Of a stretch of DNA of 64,000 nt, positions 59,701-64,000 are shown in pieces; the stretch's first letter is position 1; the number at the start of each line of letters is the position of its first letter. The translations under genes were made by a program, and so were the position numbers. The stretch is from Psammoneis japonica. Its lineage: Eukaryota. The notes beneath the pieces were generated by a model. It saw only the letters and a program-made list of their open reading frames with translations, did no database searches and had not been told where the DNA came from. The stretch is taken from positions 1 through 64,000 of the forward strand of contig QPGO01000025.1 in NCBI GenBank assembly GCA_008632985.1. The letters are read 5' to 3'.

Positions 59701-60410
59701 CTCCACCACAACACCCCCCTCTGTCCCTCCTGTCCCTCCCAAACTGCCTTGGGCTGATCCATCTTCCCTCTCCAACTCCCAAGCTTCCTTCTCTGCCCTC
59801 AAACACTCACTCCCAGCTCCCTCTGACTTCCTTGCCCACTCGCCCAAAACAATGCCTCCTGGAAACAAGTGTCAGCAGACCGCTTTGGCACCTCCCATCA
59901 CACCACAACCCCTCAACCCTCAACTTCGGGCCTCACAAATCCTCAGCCTCAACTTCGGCGTTGCTCTCTCCAACCACCTTTCTGCATGCCAAGCCCTCCG
60001 CCTTCTCTGACACCCAACCATGCATCAATGAAGTGCAACTTGTTTGAGGCTTGATCGACATTCAGTGGCATTTTTTCAAACAGCTCGTGATTTTGCAATC
60101 TTCTCGCACTTCGCCCGCGTCATTTTGCGGCGCCTCTGAGCACCCCAAACACCCATGTGTGTGTCTGGCCCCCATCAGGGCTGTCAGACCTTTGCATGAA
60201 CTGTGCTTGTCAACCTTCAAATGCCAATTGTCGCATCAGGTGCGGTTGTGATTTTGGGCGAACCGCTGTTTTTCACCAAAATCGGGCTGTCAATGACAGA
60301 CAAGCCGCGGCTTTCCAGGAAAGGCCAAGAACTGGCGTTTGACTGGCCACAGACATGTCTGCTGGTGCGGTCGTTGTTCTGGAGATCCCGAACCTTCATG
60401 TTCATTGTGC
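56790..60410. other. TpA-depleted hypermutated block D6
   Basis: About 7 TpA in 3.6 kb; includes the Copia remnant. Confidence 0.9.
58254..59565 (-). mobile_element. Truncated Ty1/Copia RT-RNase H with polypurine tract; 3' LTR starts at 58253 and runs left (extent uncertain)
   Basis: KAPCGLRSSG, VHVDDL, WFSKKQATVETAT, MFGDNKSVV, FHRVREAIA, NPADILSK; GGGGAG then TG. Confidence 0.93.
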
Positions 60411-60715
60411 ATGCATTCTATGACATCTTACGAACGGACAAAGTTCGATCTACAGCATCGCTGAATGGCACATTTTTGGCGAACGCGCGCATTGTTAGTG
60501 CGACGAATCCGGGTTATTTTTATCATTTACGAGCTCTATAACACAAATAAAATCGACCGCTAAATTCCGTACCCTCGGCCCATCTTTCTTCTCTCCATCA
60601 CTTCTAACACTGTAACTAAAAACTAAAACAACAAGTCACAAGTCTCATCTCTCAGCTCCTCTGTGCGTAGGCATCGATTTCCTACGACTTCAGTGTCTCG
60701 AGGTAGATTCTAAAA

Positions 60716-61502
60716 ATGAAAAATGAATCCAAAAAACCGCTCGAGATGGTTGAAGATTCTGGAGTTGGAATGCACCCGGTCTTTGCAGCTGTTCTCGGAG
60801 GTGCCTTTGTCCTCAATCTGGGAATTCTTCTCAGCCTTCCTCCTGTCATTAATGGCAGGGGCGCTCCGTATCTTCCAACCTTTCAAAAGAAAATGGATTC
60901 CATGTTTCTGCAACTAAGAAAATTACCTCACTTGTCTTCAAAGAGTTCTCGGGGTGAAAAATTGAAGTTTGTTGACCTTGGCAGCGGTGACGGTCGAGTT
61001 GTCTTTCGAGCAGCTCGAGAGGGTTTCGTTGGCGTTGGATACGAAATAAATCCCTGTGAGTGTCTTTGATTTCCAGTCCTTTCCAGATATTTTAAGCTGT
61101 GGTTACACGGAGAGTGGCACACTAACAACGATCGCTGAATATATGTATTGTTTTGCCCTATCCAAAGTGCTGCATCTTTGGGCTGCTACGCGACGATGTA
61201 TCCAAGCACCGAAGTATTGGTCATCGACTAGTTTTGCCTTGCGCGATCTATGGAAAGTCGATGTTTCTGGTTTTGACGTAGTTGTTGTCTACGGATTGAA
61301 CCCTATGATGCTTGATCTGAGAGAGAAGCTGCAAGCAGAACTCAAACCTGGAAGTGTTGTTGTCTCGGAAGTATTTGAAATTCCGGGATGGAAACCATCT
61401 AATACGAGTCAGAATGAGGTCTACCTATATAATGTACCTTCTTGCTGGGAATCATTCAAAGCCGTGACTGCAAAAGAGAATACTATGTCGAATACAAAAT
61501 GA
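60716..61502 (+). CDS. Class I SAM-dependent methyltransferase (FAM173/ATPSCKMT-like); intron 61056-61167
   Basis: APYLPT, VDLGSGDGRVV, GYEINP, DLWKVD, ELKPGSVVVS. Confidence 0.85.
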
Positions 61503-61529
61503 AGACGTGTTGTCGAGTTCAAGATGACG

Positions 61530-63533
<2,004 letters not shown>

Positions 63534-64000
63534 GCCGAGATCCGACCCAATTCGTTGTGAGTAGGGCCCTACATTCCGTTTAGTTGCATTAGTGCATGGC
63601 GGACGCTACTAGCGTCCTGTATTCATCATGTCTTGCACTAGGTTGTGAAGCGTCCGTTTCTGTTGAACAATTGAATCCACGAACGGGGAATGGTCCGAAG
63701 AAATGAAAACGGGAAACGTCGACTATCGATTTACTCCGGCCAGATAGGTGTTTCTGCTTTCTCAATGTCGGAACTCAGTTTTTCTGTTTCGTTTGATGGC
63801 GGTGCTAATTGCGCAAGCTTACATTGTTTTTTGCCCCTTCTTTTGCGGACTGTAAGGCCTCTCTATCCTCAATGCACCGCGCCATATGGTTGCGTATTTA
63901 CCGAAAGAAAGCGAACTCTCTCTATGCAGCTACTATCACCTCTAGAGAGTACACAGTACACTATGGAGACAATGTATTCTATTAGTAGCTCTTCCTATTA

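Overview
Eukaryotic nuclear DNA, most likely a diatom (inferred from the LCIB/theta-CA gene with a plastid presequence, short GT-AG introns, and Copia and tyrosine-recombinase retroelements). About 20 genes alternate with six sharply bounded blocks (about 465-3468, 5050-7320, 19650-21030, 30970-39185, 42390-44860, 56790-60410) in which TpA is almost absent and CpG is reduced, both replaced by TpG/CpA. Internal comparisons give the direction of change: an intact gene versus its decayed copy, two LTRs of one element, two TIRs of another, and conserved RT/recombinase motifs. TpA becomes TpG or CpA (A-to-G on either strand, apparently favouring TAY), and CpG becomes TpG or CpA. This looks like a repeat-targeted adenine hypermutation system, opposite in direction to fungal RIP, that erases Tyr codons including catalytic ones. 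The blocks hold a decayed YR retrotransposon with two nested insertions, a Copia remnant and a duplicated gene pair. Also seen: two miniature LTR elements with tRNA-type A/B boxes, a recurrent TAGGGCCCTA palindrome near gene 3' ends, a RING-TRAF-Ubc9-like fusion, a nuclease-kinase effector-like gene and a kinesin with a SAP domain. All counts are by hand and all family calls come from recalled motifs, not searches. Isolated 1-nt frameshifts suggest some assembly error, so read-level confirmation is needed.
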